Assembly (NCBI GenBank): GCA_000175855.1
Contig: ACYB01000046.1
Location: 207,573-239,572, forward strand
Direction: 5' to 3'
Source: Raphidiopsis brookii D9
Lineage (GTDB): Bacteria > Cyanobacteriota > Cyanobacteriia > Cyanobacteriales > Nostocaceae
DNA length: 32,000 nt
Part shown: piece after piece, positions 10,659-18,606 of the stretch
Layout of the letters: each line of letters opens with the position of its first letter
Position numbering within the stretch: position 1 is the stretch's first letter
The notes under the pieces: model-generated
The model's input: only the letters and a program-made list of their open reading frames with translations
The model's database searches: none
What the model was told of the DNA's origin: nothing
Position numbers and translations under genes: made by a program

Positions 10659-11786
10659 CTATACAAGAATTGATAACCTGCCATATTTATAATATGCTGC
10701 ACAAGCACCTTCAGAGGAAACCATACAAGTTCCTATGGGTGTTTCTGGTGTGCAAGCTGTGCCAAATACTTTACATTCCCAAGGTTTTAAAACTCCTTTA
10801 AGAATTTCTCCACATTGACAGGCTTTATGATCAGGCACTTTCAAATTGGGAATAGTAAATTTGGCTTCTGCATCAAATTGAGCATATTCGGGACGTATTT
10901 TCAAACCAGAATTAGGAATTTCTCCCAACCCCCGCCATTCAAATTTCTCGCGAACTGTAAAAACCTGATTTATAGCTTGAAGGGCATTTTTATTTCCCCC
11001 TTTCTCAACTAACCGATTATATTGATTTTCTACTTCACATCGATTTTCTTCTATTTGTTTTAATAACATCCATATAGATTGGAAAATATCCAATGGTTCA
11101 AATCCAGAAATGACAATTGGCTTGTGATATCTTTGGGGAATAAACTGATATGGCTCTGTTCCAATAACCATACTTACATGACCTGGACCAACAAAACCGT
11201 CTAATTGTAAATCTGGGTTTGCTAATAATGCTTCCAGTGCTGGTATAACTAATACATGATTAGAAAATAAACTAAAGTTTGTAATGTTTTCTGCTGCTGC
11301 TTGTAATATGGTAAATGCAGTGCTAGGAGCAGTGGTTTCAAATCCTAAACCAAAAAATACTATCTCTTTTGTAGGGTTCTCCTTGGCAATCTTTAAACTG
11401 TCTAGAGGGGAATAGACCATTCTAATGTCTGCTCCCTCAGCTTTTGCTTGTAACAAGCTGGTTTTAGAACCTGGAACCCTCATAGCATCCCCAAAGGTGG
11501 TGAAAATAATATTTGCAGCTTGACAAAGGGCGATCGCATCATCTATTCTACCTTTTGGCATAATACATACCGGACATCCAGGTCCATGAATTAGTTCAAT
11601 GTTATCTGGTAATATTTCCTCAATGCCATATTTAAAAAGTGCATGGGTGTGCCCACCACATACTTCCATTATTTTGAGGTGTTTGTTTTTGTGCGAATTT
11701 CTTGAGATTTGAAGACTCAGTTGTGCAATTTCTTTTTGTAAACCTTGAGCTTTTTCGGGGTTACGGAATTCATCTACATATTTCAT
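10659..11786 (-). CDS. hypD: Hydrogenase maturation protein HypD
   Basis: KYVDEFRNPEKAQGL, MEVCGGHTHALFKYGIEEILPDNIELIHGPGCPVC, FFGLGFETTAPSTAF, GPGHVSMVIG. Confidence 0.96.
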   Translation of the reverse strand: MKYVDEFRNPEKAQGLQKEIAQLSLQISRNSHKNKHLKIMEVCGGHTHALFKYGIEEILPDNIELIHGPGCPVCIMPKGRIDDAIALCQAANIIFTTFGDAMRVPGSKTSLLQAKAEGADIRMVYSPLDSLKIAKENPTKEIVFFGLGFETTAPSTAFTILQAAAENITNFSLFSNHVLVIPALEALLANPDLQLDGFVGPGHVSMVIGTEPYQFIPQRYHKPIVISGFEPLDIFQSIWMLLKQIEENRCEVENQYNRLVEKGGNKNALQAINQVFTVREKFEWRGLGEIPNSGLKIRPEYAQFDAEAKFTIPNLKVPDHKACQCGEILKGVLKPWECKVFGTACTPETPIGTCMVSSEGACAAYYKYGRLSILV

Positions 11787-11813
11787 AATCTTAATTCTGT
11801 TATAAATTACTCC

Positions 11814-12056
11814 TCAACCGTTAGCTATTTCCTGTAAAAGGGCTAAGGTTTCTGCTGCTTCCTGTTCATTAATTCTGTTCATAGCAAAACCCACATGAAC
11901 TAACACCCAATCTCCCAGACATTTTTCGGGTGGGTGTTCCTCATCCACAATACATGCTATATTGACTTGACGCTTAACTCCTCCAACCTTAACTATTGCT
12001 AGTTTATGTTCTGGATTGCTGATCTCTATTATTTGTCCAGGTATTCCTAAACACAT
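11814..12056 (-). CDS. hypC: HypC/HybG/HupF hydrogenase maturation chaperone
   Basis: MCLGIPGQIIEI start; GDWVLVHVGFAMNRINEQEAAETLALL. ORF open from 12095 but canonical MCLGIPGQ start is at 12056. Confidence 0.95.
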   Translation of the reverse strand: MCLGIPGQIIEISNPEHKLAIVKVGGVKRQVNIACIVDEEHPPEKCLGDWVLVHVGFAMNRINEQEAAETLALLQEIANG

Positions 12057-12078
12057 TTTTATCCCCCTTTTGATGTAG

Positions 12079-12121
12079 TTAAAGTTTAACATCATAGATT
12101 AATACATTTAAAGTTTAACAT
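12079..12121. repeat. Two direct copies of TTAAAGTTTAACAT (12079-12092 and 12108-12121) immediately upstream of hypC
   Basis: Exact 14-nt match read in the sequence, start-to-start spacing 29 nt, 23-65 nt upstream of the hypC start codon. Confidence 0.75.
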
Positions 12122-12415
12122 ACATCTTGGGAAAGAAAATGCTTGTTAATATCTATAATATTTTGGGCGTTGTATCATAAAGGTATGAATTGAGGTTCAA
12201 TCATGTGGTATCTACCGCTTTAGCTAGGAATCACTGTAATGCTTAATCCCTCCATAGCTGTATTTTTGACGACTTGTTGCGGCGCGTAAAAGTATTTAGG
12301 CACAATCGGGTCTGAGTTATAATTTAGCCTCAATAATCTTGCCGATGTCCATCTGTCAAATTCATAATCTTCTATTATACAATCTAGCTGCATGACAGCT
12401 TAATTAACATCAACC

Positions 12416-12523
12416 ATGAACAAAAATCTTCAAGGAAAAATCGCCCTAGTCACAGGTGCAACGAGAGGTATAGGAAAAGGTATCGCCATTATTTTAAAAT
12501 ACCCTGGTTTATTCTATTATTAA
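12416..12523 (+). pseudogene. N-terminal remnant of a short-chain dehydrogenase/reductase
   Basis: Translation MNKNLQGKIALVTGATRGIGKGIAIILKYPGLFYY*; the VTGATRGIGKGIA dinucleotide-binding motif is intact, then homology to an SDR stops. Confidence 0.7.
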
Positions 12524-12561
12524 CTATGCTAAGTTCACCCAAAATTTAAGGTTTATTAAAT

Positions 12562-12801
12562 ATGAAAAACTCTCATAATAATATCTTAATTCCGCCAAAA
12601 CTACCTTTTTTAGAGGCGATTTGTTGGCAAACTAAAAATGTGTATGCCTTTTCTCTTGAAGAAATGTTAACTTGTTATGAAAGAGGCTGGCGTTATCGTT
12701 CTTTATTTAATAACTTAGAATCAGATGAAGTAGAATTTATTAAAACCATAGCCCAAGAATATCAATCTTGGTTAATAGTAGAGTTATGCAGTTTAAATTA
12801 G
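12562..12801 (+). CDS. Small conserved-looking hypothetical protein, first gene of a two-gene module with an AbiEii-like protein
   Basis: 79 aa ORF (MKNSHNNILIPPKLPFLEAICWQTKNVYAFSLEEMLTCYERGWRYRSLFNNLESDEVEFIKTIAQEYQSWLIVELCSLN) overlapping the next ORF. Confidence 0.65.
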   Translation: MKNSHNNILIPPKLPFLEAICWQTKNVYAFSLEEMLTCYERGWRYRSLFNNLESDEVEFIKTIAQEYQSWLIVELCSLN

Positions 12802-13529
12802 AACATCACAATCAAATTGTTAAGATTCTTAATAGTTTAAATACACAAGTGTTTGCTGAGAATCAAGCTTATTTTGGCGGTGGAACATTAATCGCTTTAC
12901 TGTATAATGAATATCGTCAAAGCAATTATATAGATTTTATTTGTTCAGTAGAATCATCAGGTTATAGAAAATTACGCTCCCTGATTTTTGACAACAGTTA
13001 TCAATCATTATTTTCCAACTTAGAGCAGATTTCTATTGGTAGAAGTACAACAGATCAATATGGCATTAGAATGTTAGTTAAAATCGGTAACAATTTCATT
13101 AAAACTGAAATTATTGCTGAAACTCGTTTTGAATTGGAATCACCTCGATACTTTCAGTGGTCAAATATCCCTTGTTTAAGCCATAATGATGCGATTATTT
13201 CAAAGCTATTAGCTAATTCCGACCGTTATCCAGATGCTAACATCTTATCAAGAGATTTAATTGATTTAGCAATTTTAAGAGTTAATGGTTCATTTTCAGA
13301 AGAAGCCATTAACAAAGCTGAACAAGCTTATGAAGTAATTCGTCCTTTAAAGAGAGCAATTCAACTGTTTCAAAATCAACCAGAATATCGAGGAAAATGC
13401 TTTGAACAATTAAAAATTAGTGAGCATTATTATCCCATTATTATTGATGGTGTCGACTTATTAGCTACTGATTTTGATTTACATATTACAGAAAGGACTT
13501 TTAAAGAACAACCTGATTTATTTAGTTAG
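12786..13529 (+). CDS. Nucleotidyltransferase of the AbiEii/AbiGii toxin-like family
   Basis: AYFGGGTLIALLYNEYRQSNYIDF resembles the GG-T ... D-x-D nucleotidyltransferase motif; SRDLIDLAIL resembles the conserved R-D-L-x-D-L segment. ATG 12786 (MQFKLEHHNQ) chosen; alternative start 12768. Confidence 0.6.
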   Translation: MQFKLEHHNQIVKILNSLNTQVFAENQAYFGGGTLIALLYNEYRQSNYIDFICSVESSGYRKLRSLIFDNSYQSLFSNLEQISIGRSTTDQYGIRMLVKIGNNFIKTEIIAETRFELESPRYFQWSNIPCLSHNDAIISKLLANSDRYPDANILSRDLIDLAILRVNGSFSEEAINKAEQAYEVIRPLKRAIQLFQNQPEYRGKCFEQLKISEHYYPIIIDGVDLLATDFDLHITERTFKEQPDLFS

Positions 13530-13668
13530 TTATTTTATTTAAACAAATTGATCAATTATATTTAACTAAACTTTTATTAAATTGTTCAAGATTTTGAATT
13601 AATATAAGTACGCAGTTTTATTTTCTTCTATTTTCGAGCGATCGCCTGCTTTTAAGTGGTTTAATTAC

Positions 13669-16080
13669 TTAAAATTGATAGAGATTGGGCCCACATCTAG
13701 CTGCCATAATCATAGCTTGTCCTAAAGATATTCCTCCATCGTTTGGAGGTACATTACTGTGAGTAAGAACTTCCATTCCCATATTTTGGAGTAATTTAGT
13801 TGTTTGCTGTAAAAGAATTCGGTTTTGAAATACTCCTCCTGTTAATGCTACTTGATTAGTTTTATATTCTCGACTCAATAGTTTAACTGTTTCTATAATC
13901 AAATTGGCTAGAGTTAGGTGAAACTTGGCAGCTATTTCCCCCATTCCAACTTGTTGGTTTATATCTTCCAAGATTCCTTTCCAGATGGGAGCTGTGTGTA
14001 TATAATACATTCCATCTAATTTTTCAATATTTTGATGTGATGGATAACTAGATATATCATTTAGTATTTCAGTACTAATGCTGGACTCCATTTCTATAGC
14101 TGCTTGTCCCTCATAGGTACATTCTTCCCGACAAATCCCAATTGCTGCTGCTACCGCATCAAATAACCTACCAACAGATGATACAAGGGGTGAGTTAATA
14201 TTTTTTTCCACCATTTGATCTAGCAATTTTAAAGGTTGTTGTTGTAGAAACTGCACAATTTCTAGAGATGGATATTGTTCTTGAACCTCTTGCCAATTTA
14301 AAGCACTATTGAGGTGAGCATAAGTATTTCTCCAAGGTTGATAAATAGACTGTTTTCCTCCTATCATAGGTACTGGTTTAAAGGTAGCCAGTCTTTGGCA
14401 ATTAGAATAATCAGCCAGTAAAAATTCTCCTCCCCAGAATGTACTGTCTTCTCCATATCCTAAACCATCAAAAGCTACACCTAATACTGGCTGGCTATTT
14501 AAAGGTATTTTGTTTTCCCCTAGACAAGCTGCAATGTGGGCATGATGATGTGGAATTTCATGAAGTTCAATTTCATTATTGACTGCTAATTGTCTCCCTA
14601 GTTTTGATGATAAATATTCCGGATGTTTGTCAATGGCAATAATTGCTGGTTTATGGGCGAATAAATTGAGATATAAATTCAAAGTTTCCTGATAGTTAGT
14701 AAAAGCAGATGGGTTTTCTAAATCTCCTAAATGTTCTGATAGAATAGCTTCACCTGATCTCAATAAACAAAAGGTGTTTTTCAGTTCTCCACCCATAGCT
14801 AAAATAGGTGGTGTCTTCTCAAAACCTGGTGGTAAAATAATAGGTGCTGGCGCATATCCTCTAGCACGTCTGAGAATCTGGACTTTTTGATTAACTACTC
14901 TCACTACTGAATCATCTACTCGGTTAATAATATCTCGGTTATGGAATAAAAATAAATCAGCTATTGAAACTAACTTTTTTTTTATGTCATCTGAATTATC
15001 AATACATTGAGGTTCATCGGCAATATTACCACTGGTCAAAACTATGGGAACCTTCATTCTTCTGAGAATTAAATGATGTAGAGGGGTATAAGGTAACATG
15101 AAACCCAAAGTGTTTTGACCCGGTGCGATCGCCCTGGCTATAGGATTCCCGATTTGGGATTTTATTGAGTTATGTGGCAAGTTATTTTGGGGATTAATTT
15201 TTAATAAAACAATTGGTGCAGCAGGACTCGTTAATAAATCTTTTTCTAAATCAGAAATCTGACAATATTGGGATATTATATTAATATCTCTAGCCATTAA
15301 GGCAAAAGGTTTATGATAACGTTTTTTTCGCTGTCGTAATTTTTCAACCACAGTTTCTTGGGTAGCATCACAAGCTAAATGGAAACCGCCTAACCCTTTA
15401 ATAGCAACGATTTCACCTTTTTGTAATAAGGTACAAACTGCATCAACCTCATCCAACATAGAAAACATATCCCCACTGATAGGTTGACCATCAGCACGTT
15501 CTAACCATGCGCGGGGACCACAACGAAAACAAGCTACAGGTTGAGCGTGGAAACGTCTATTATTCACATCTTCATATTCCCGGTTACATTCTCCACACAT
15601 AGGAAAATCTACCATGCTAGTATTATTTCTATCGTAGGGAATGGCCTGCATAATACTTAACCGTGGTCCACAATGGGTACAGTTAGTAAAGGGATAGCGG
15701 AAATAACGACTAAAGGGATCAAAAATTTCCTGTTGACATTCACCACAGGTTGCAGCATCGGGAGCAATTTCCGTTTTTACTGGTGTCTCCATACTAGGAG
15801 CAATGATAAATTCTATGAGTTCGTCAGTATGGAAATCATTAGACCCATACAGTGGACTCCTGATTAGTTCATGAATGTGAGCTAGGGGTGGACACTGGTC
15901 ATATAGTTGCTGCACAAAAGCAGTTATTTTTTCCTCACTCCCAACAATCCGGATTAGAACCCCATCCCCATCATTACATACATCTCCTTTTAAACCAGCA
16001 TTTTTAGCCAAGCGGTAAACTGTGGGACGAAAACCTACACCCTGAACAGTACCCCTAACTCTTATTTGCTCTGTTCTCAT
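13669..16080 (-). CDS. hypF: Carbamoyltransferase HypF
   Basis: 803 aa; acylphosphatase N-terminus RVRGTVQGVGFRPTVYRLA, CGECQQEIFDP...YPFTNCTHCGPR zinc fingers, ALKGLGGFHLACDA-type segment (IKGLGGFHLACDA), C-terminal HHHAHIAACLGE and ALTGGVFQN. Confidence 0.96.
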   Translation of the reverse strand: MRTEQIRVRGTVQGVGFRPTVYRLAKNAGLKGDVCNDGDGVLIRIVGSEEKITAFVQQLYDQCPPLAHIHELIRSPLYGSNDFHTDELIEFIIAPSMETPVKTEIAPDAATCGECQQEIFDPFSRYFRYPFTNCTHCGPRLSIMQAIPYDRNNTSMVDFPMCGECNREYEDVNNRRFHAQPVACFRCGPRAWLERADGQPISGDMFSMLDEVDAVCTLLQKGEIVAIKGLGGFHLACDATQETVVEKLRQRKKRYHKPFALMARDINIISQYCQISDLEKDLLTSPAAPIVLLKINPQNNLPHNSIKSQIGNPIARAIAPGQNTLGFMLPYTPLHHLILRRMKVPIVLTSGNIADEPQCIDNSDDIKKKLVSIADLFLFHNRDIINRVDDSVVRVVNQKVQILRRARGYAPAPIILPPGFEKTPPILAMGGELKNTFCLLRSGEAILSEHLGDLENPSAFTNYQETLNLYLNLFAHKPAIIAIDKHPEYLSSKLGRQLAVNNEIELHEIPHHHAHIAACLGENKIPLNSQPVLGVAFDGLGYGEDSTFWGGEFLLADYSNCQRLATFKPVPMIGGKQSIYQPWRNTYAHLNSALNWQEVQEQYPSLEIVQFLQQQPLKLLDQMVEKNINSPLVSSVGRLFDAVAAAIGICREECTYEGQAAIEMESSISTEILNDISSYPSHQNIEKLDGMYYIHTAPIWKGILEDINQQVGMGEIAAKFHLTLANLIIETVKLLSREYKTNQVALTGGVFQNRILLQQTTKLLQNMGMEVLTHSNVPPNDGGISLGQAMIMAARCGPNLYQF

Positions 16081-17027
16081 GTTTTACTTCCCCGCAAAAT
16101 TGCTAAAAAGGTACATTCCCAAACCAGTCTTGGTTGAGCGTAGCACAACAAGTTTTTTCGGGTCTTTTCTAATTCTTGAATAATCTGTGCTTTATGTGTT
16201 TTTTGCCAATAATACTGTTGTAAATATTCAATTAACCATAGTTGTCCTTCCGTGTCTAGTTCCCGATCAATTCTTTTACCCAATTCCAAAGCATGTAAGT
16301 ATGAGATAGGCATTTTTTTTACTTCCTCGAGTAATTCGCTATTAATGCTTTGTAGTTGTTGGTGAGCCAAAATAGCACTTCCTGGACTCCCAGCAGCTAG
16401 ATTTAAGATTTCTGGGTGTTGTAAAATGTCTAGGTTTCCTGTTCTGGTTAACACCTGAGTTAAACTACTACTGTCTAACCTATAAAAGGGAATTTTTTGG
16501 CACCGGGAGACTAATGTGGGTAGGATAGATTCCGGACTAGGTACAATTAAAATTAAAGTTGCTCTTCCTGGTTCTTCTAAAGTTTTTAGCAGAGCATTAG
16601 CAGCAGACTCAGCCATAGCCTCTGCTTGCTCTATTACTACCACGCTACGCACAGACTCTAAGGGAGGACGGGATAAAAATTGAGAGATTTCCCTAATTTG
16701 CTCCAATCTAATTACCGGTGGTGCTTTACGTTTGACCTTTTTTTCTGCTGCTTGTGCTGCGGTTAGTCTTTCTCCTTGATATTGATAGGTGGGTTCTACC
16801 CAGAATAAGTCTGGGTGATTTCTTTGACTAACACGGGTTTTTAAAACAGACAGTTGTTCAGCGTCTCTAGAACTAGCAAACAGTAGTTGGATAAAACACG
16901 TTGCTGCTAGACTCCTCCCTACCCCATCCGTCCCCGCGAATAAATAAGCTGGTGCAATGCGGTTTTGTTTCACGGATGCAGTTAATAGTTCTATGGCTTG
17001 TTGCTGTCCTATCAGTTCTTCAAACAT
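16077..17027 (-). CDS. holB: DNA polymerase III subunit delta'
   Basis: MFEELIGQQQAIELLTASVKQNRIAPAYLFAGTDGVGR, VVVIEQAEAMAESAANALLKTLEEPG, PTLVSRCQKIPF; 4-nt overlap with hypF. Confidence 0.9.
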   Translation of the reverse strand: MFEELIGQQQAIELLTASVKQNRIAPAYLFAGTDGVGRSLAATCFIQLLFASSRDAEQLSVLKTRVSQRNHPDLFWVEPTYQYQGERLTAAQAAEKKVKRKAPPVIRLEQIREISQFLSRPPLESVRSVVVIEQAEAMAESAANALLKTLEEPGRATLILIVPSPESILPTLVSRCQKIPFYRLDSSSLTQVLTRTGNLDILQHPEILNLAAGSPGSAILAHQQLQSINSELLEEVKKMPISYLHALELGKRIDRELDTEGQLWLIEYLQQYYWQKTHKAQIIQELEKTRKNLLCYAQPRLVWECTFLAILRGSKT

Positions 17028-17042
17028 GAGAATGAGTTGTTT

Positions 17043-17693
17043 CTAACCATTAGTGGTCACCAACGACCTTACAAACCATTTGTCAATTAAAATTTTCCTG
17101 ATGTTTTCCTGGACTAGTTCCTGTCCCCCATTACCATCCACCCGAATCATCTTCGATGGATGGTTTTTAGCTATTTCATTATATCCCTTTTGAACACGAT
17201 GGTGAAATTCTATTGTTTCTTGCTCCATTCTATCTAGTTCTGCTTGACCACGTTTACGACTTAGTCCTATTTCTACATCTATATCCAACCAAATGGTTAG
17301 GTCACTTTCTAAACCTCCAGTAGCAATCTGATTAAGTTGGTCAATTATAGTCATGTTCAATCCCCTGCCATATCCCTGATAAGCAATAGTGGAATTTGTA
17401 TAGCGATCGCACAGAATATATTTCCCGGTTGCTAAATTTGGTTTAATAATACTGCTAACATGTTGTGAGCGGTCTGCTGTATATAATAGCAGCTCTGCCA
17501 TTTCATCCAGTGGTTGCTCGTAGGATGTTTCCAGCAACAACTTTCTTAAATTTTTTCCCAGGTCTGTTCCTCCTGGTTCGCGAGTTAGCAAAAAAGAGAT
17601 TCCTAGAGTTTGTAACCACTGTGCCAACATTTGCATTTGAGTGGTTTTCCCTGATCCTTCCACTCCCTCAAAGACAATTAATTTACCTATCAT
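17043..17693 (-). CDS. tmk: Thymidylate kinase
   Basis: KLIVFEGVEGSGKTTQ, LLTREPGGTDLGKNLRKLLLE, CDRYTNSTIAYQGYGRGL. Confidence 0.95.
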   Translation of the reverse strand: MIGKLIVFEGVEGSGKTTQMQMLAQWLQTLGISFLLTREPGGTDLGKNLRKLLLETSYEQPLDEMAELLLYTADRSQHVSSIIKPNLATGKYILCDRYTNSTIAYQGYGRGLNMTIIDQLNQIATGGLESDLTIWLDIDVEIGLSRKRGQAELDRMEQETIEFHHRVQKGYNEIAKNHPSKMIRVDGNGGQELVQENIRKILIDKWFVRSLVTTNG

Positions 17694-17826
17694 ACTTATA
17701 GTATTTGTGATAATATTTGTGGTCTGAAAACGATCACATTATAGATCAAGAAAGAATGCTTAGGAAAGGGCGGACCACTCGCAGGTAAGTTATGTGTTAT
17801 AATAGAAATTATATATTACACGAAAA

Positions 17827-17849
17827 GGGCTTGGTTTCTGACCAAGCCC
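17827..17849 (-). terminator. Hairpin with T tract reading leftward
   Basis: GGGCTTGGT-TTCTG-ACCAAGCCC, 9-bp perfect stem; on the minus strand the stem is followed by TTTTC. Confidence 0.5.
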
Positions 17850-18102
17850 AGGTATATACCAAGTGTTTACCATGCTTATTAATTTAAATTGATAAAAATA
17901 TAATCTCATCTTCCCAAAGTATAGCTTTAGCCAAAACGCTATATACGGAGCTAGTAGCTAAAACTGATTGGTAGATGGGCACGGTCTGGCTATATGTTGA
18001 AAAACTAAGTTTGTCTAATGTATAGCACTTTGGATAGATGAAATAGCAGAAAATAGAATGTACACTTATCGACATATGGTAAACACCTGGTATATACAAG
18101 AG

Positions 18103-18129
18103 GCTTGAACTGTGTTCAAGCCTTTTTCA
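18103..18129 (+). terminator. Rho-independent-like hairpin reading rightward
   Basis: AGGCTTGAAC-TGT-GTTCAAGCCT, 10-bp perfect stem, last T begins a TTTTT run. Confidence 0.65.
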
Positions 18130-18202
18130 TAGTTTTTTATCAAGAGTAATCATGCTACGGAAAATTTTATTTTCTGTGCCAATTTTGCGTTGAAGACAAA
18201 AT

Positions 18203-18219
18203 AATTATCATCGATAATT
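18203..18219. promoter_or_regulatory. 17-bp inverted repeat upstream of the TM2 gene
   Basis: AATTATC-ATC-GATAATT, 7-bp perfect arms, in the intergenic region 67 bp upstream of ATG 18286. Confidence 0.35.
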
Positions 18220-18285
18220 GTATTTAACTCCTCATCCCACCCCCTATCTACATTTTCAGCCAACCTAGTCTAGGAGTAATTGAAT

Positions 18286-18561
18286 ATGGCTAATCTCAAC
18301 CCATCCCATGGCAGCAAACAGCTTTTAGCAGGTTACTGTGGCATTATTTTCGGTGGCTTTGGTATTCATAAATTTATCCTTGGTTATGCACCCGAAGGTT
18401 TTATTATGTTAGTTATTTCTGTAGTTGGCGGTTCTCTCACCTTTGGATTAACATTAATTATTATGCAACTGATTGGTCTGATTGAAGGTATGATTTACCT
18501 GAATAAAAACCATGAGGATTTTGTTGATACTTATTTTATTGGTAAACAGCGCTGGTTTTAA
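18286..18561 (+). CDS. TM2 domain-containing membrane protein
   Basis: KQLLAGYCGIIFGGFGIHKFILGYAPEGFIMLVISVVGG pattern; ~91 aa. Confidence 0.85.
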   Translation: MANLNPSHGSKQLLAGYCGIIFGGFGIHKFILGYAPEGFIMLVISVVGGSLTFGLTLIIMQLIGLIEGMIYLNKNHEDFVDTYFIGKQRWF

Positions 18562-18606
18562 TACGCCCTAATCATTTCTATTTTCTAAGGATATTACAGT
18601 ATTGTT

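Larger units (their letters stand above)
17822..18130. repeat. Foldback / MITE-like element, ~309 bp with long imperfect terminal inverted repeats
   Basis: Left end (17822-17873) GAAAAGGGCTTGGTTTCTGACCAAGCCCAGGTATATACCAAGTGTTTACCAT versus reverse complement of right end (18078-18130) GAAAAAGGCTTGAACACAGTTCAAGCCTCTTGTATATACCAGGTGTTTACCAT. Similarity resumes deeper at matching offsets: CATCTTCCCAAAGT (from 17907) versus CATCTATCCAAAGT (reverse complement, from 18040). Confidence 0.8.

Noticed and set aside
13600-13665. GCGATCGC-type octamers (for example near 1501, 13650, 15128, 19877, 25822) considered as regulatory sites
   Set aside because: These are HIP1 octamers, abundant and dispersed in many cyanobacterial genomes.
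17884-18099. 71-aa minus-strand ORF inside the foldback element
   Set aside because: No recognisable domain, no clear ribosome-binding site, and it spans the inverted-repeat structure, so it is most likely fortuitous.
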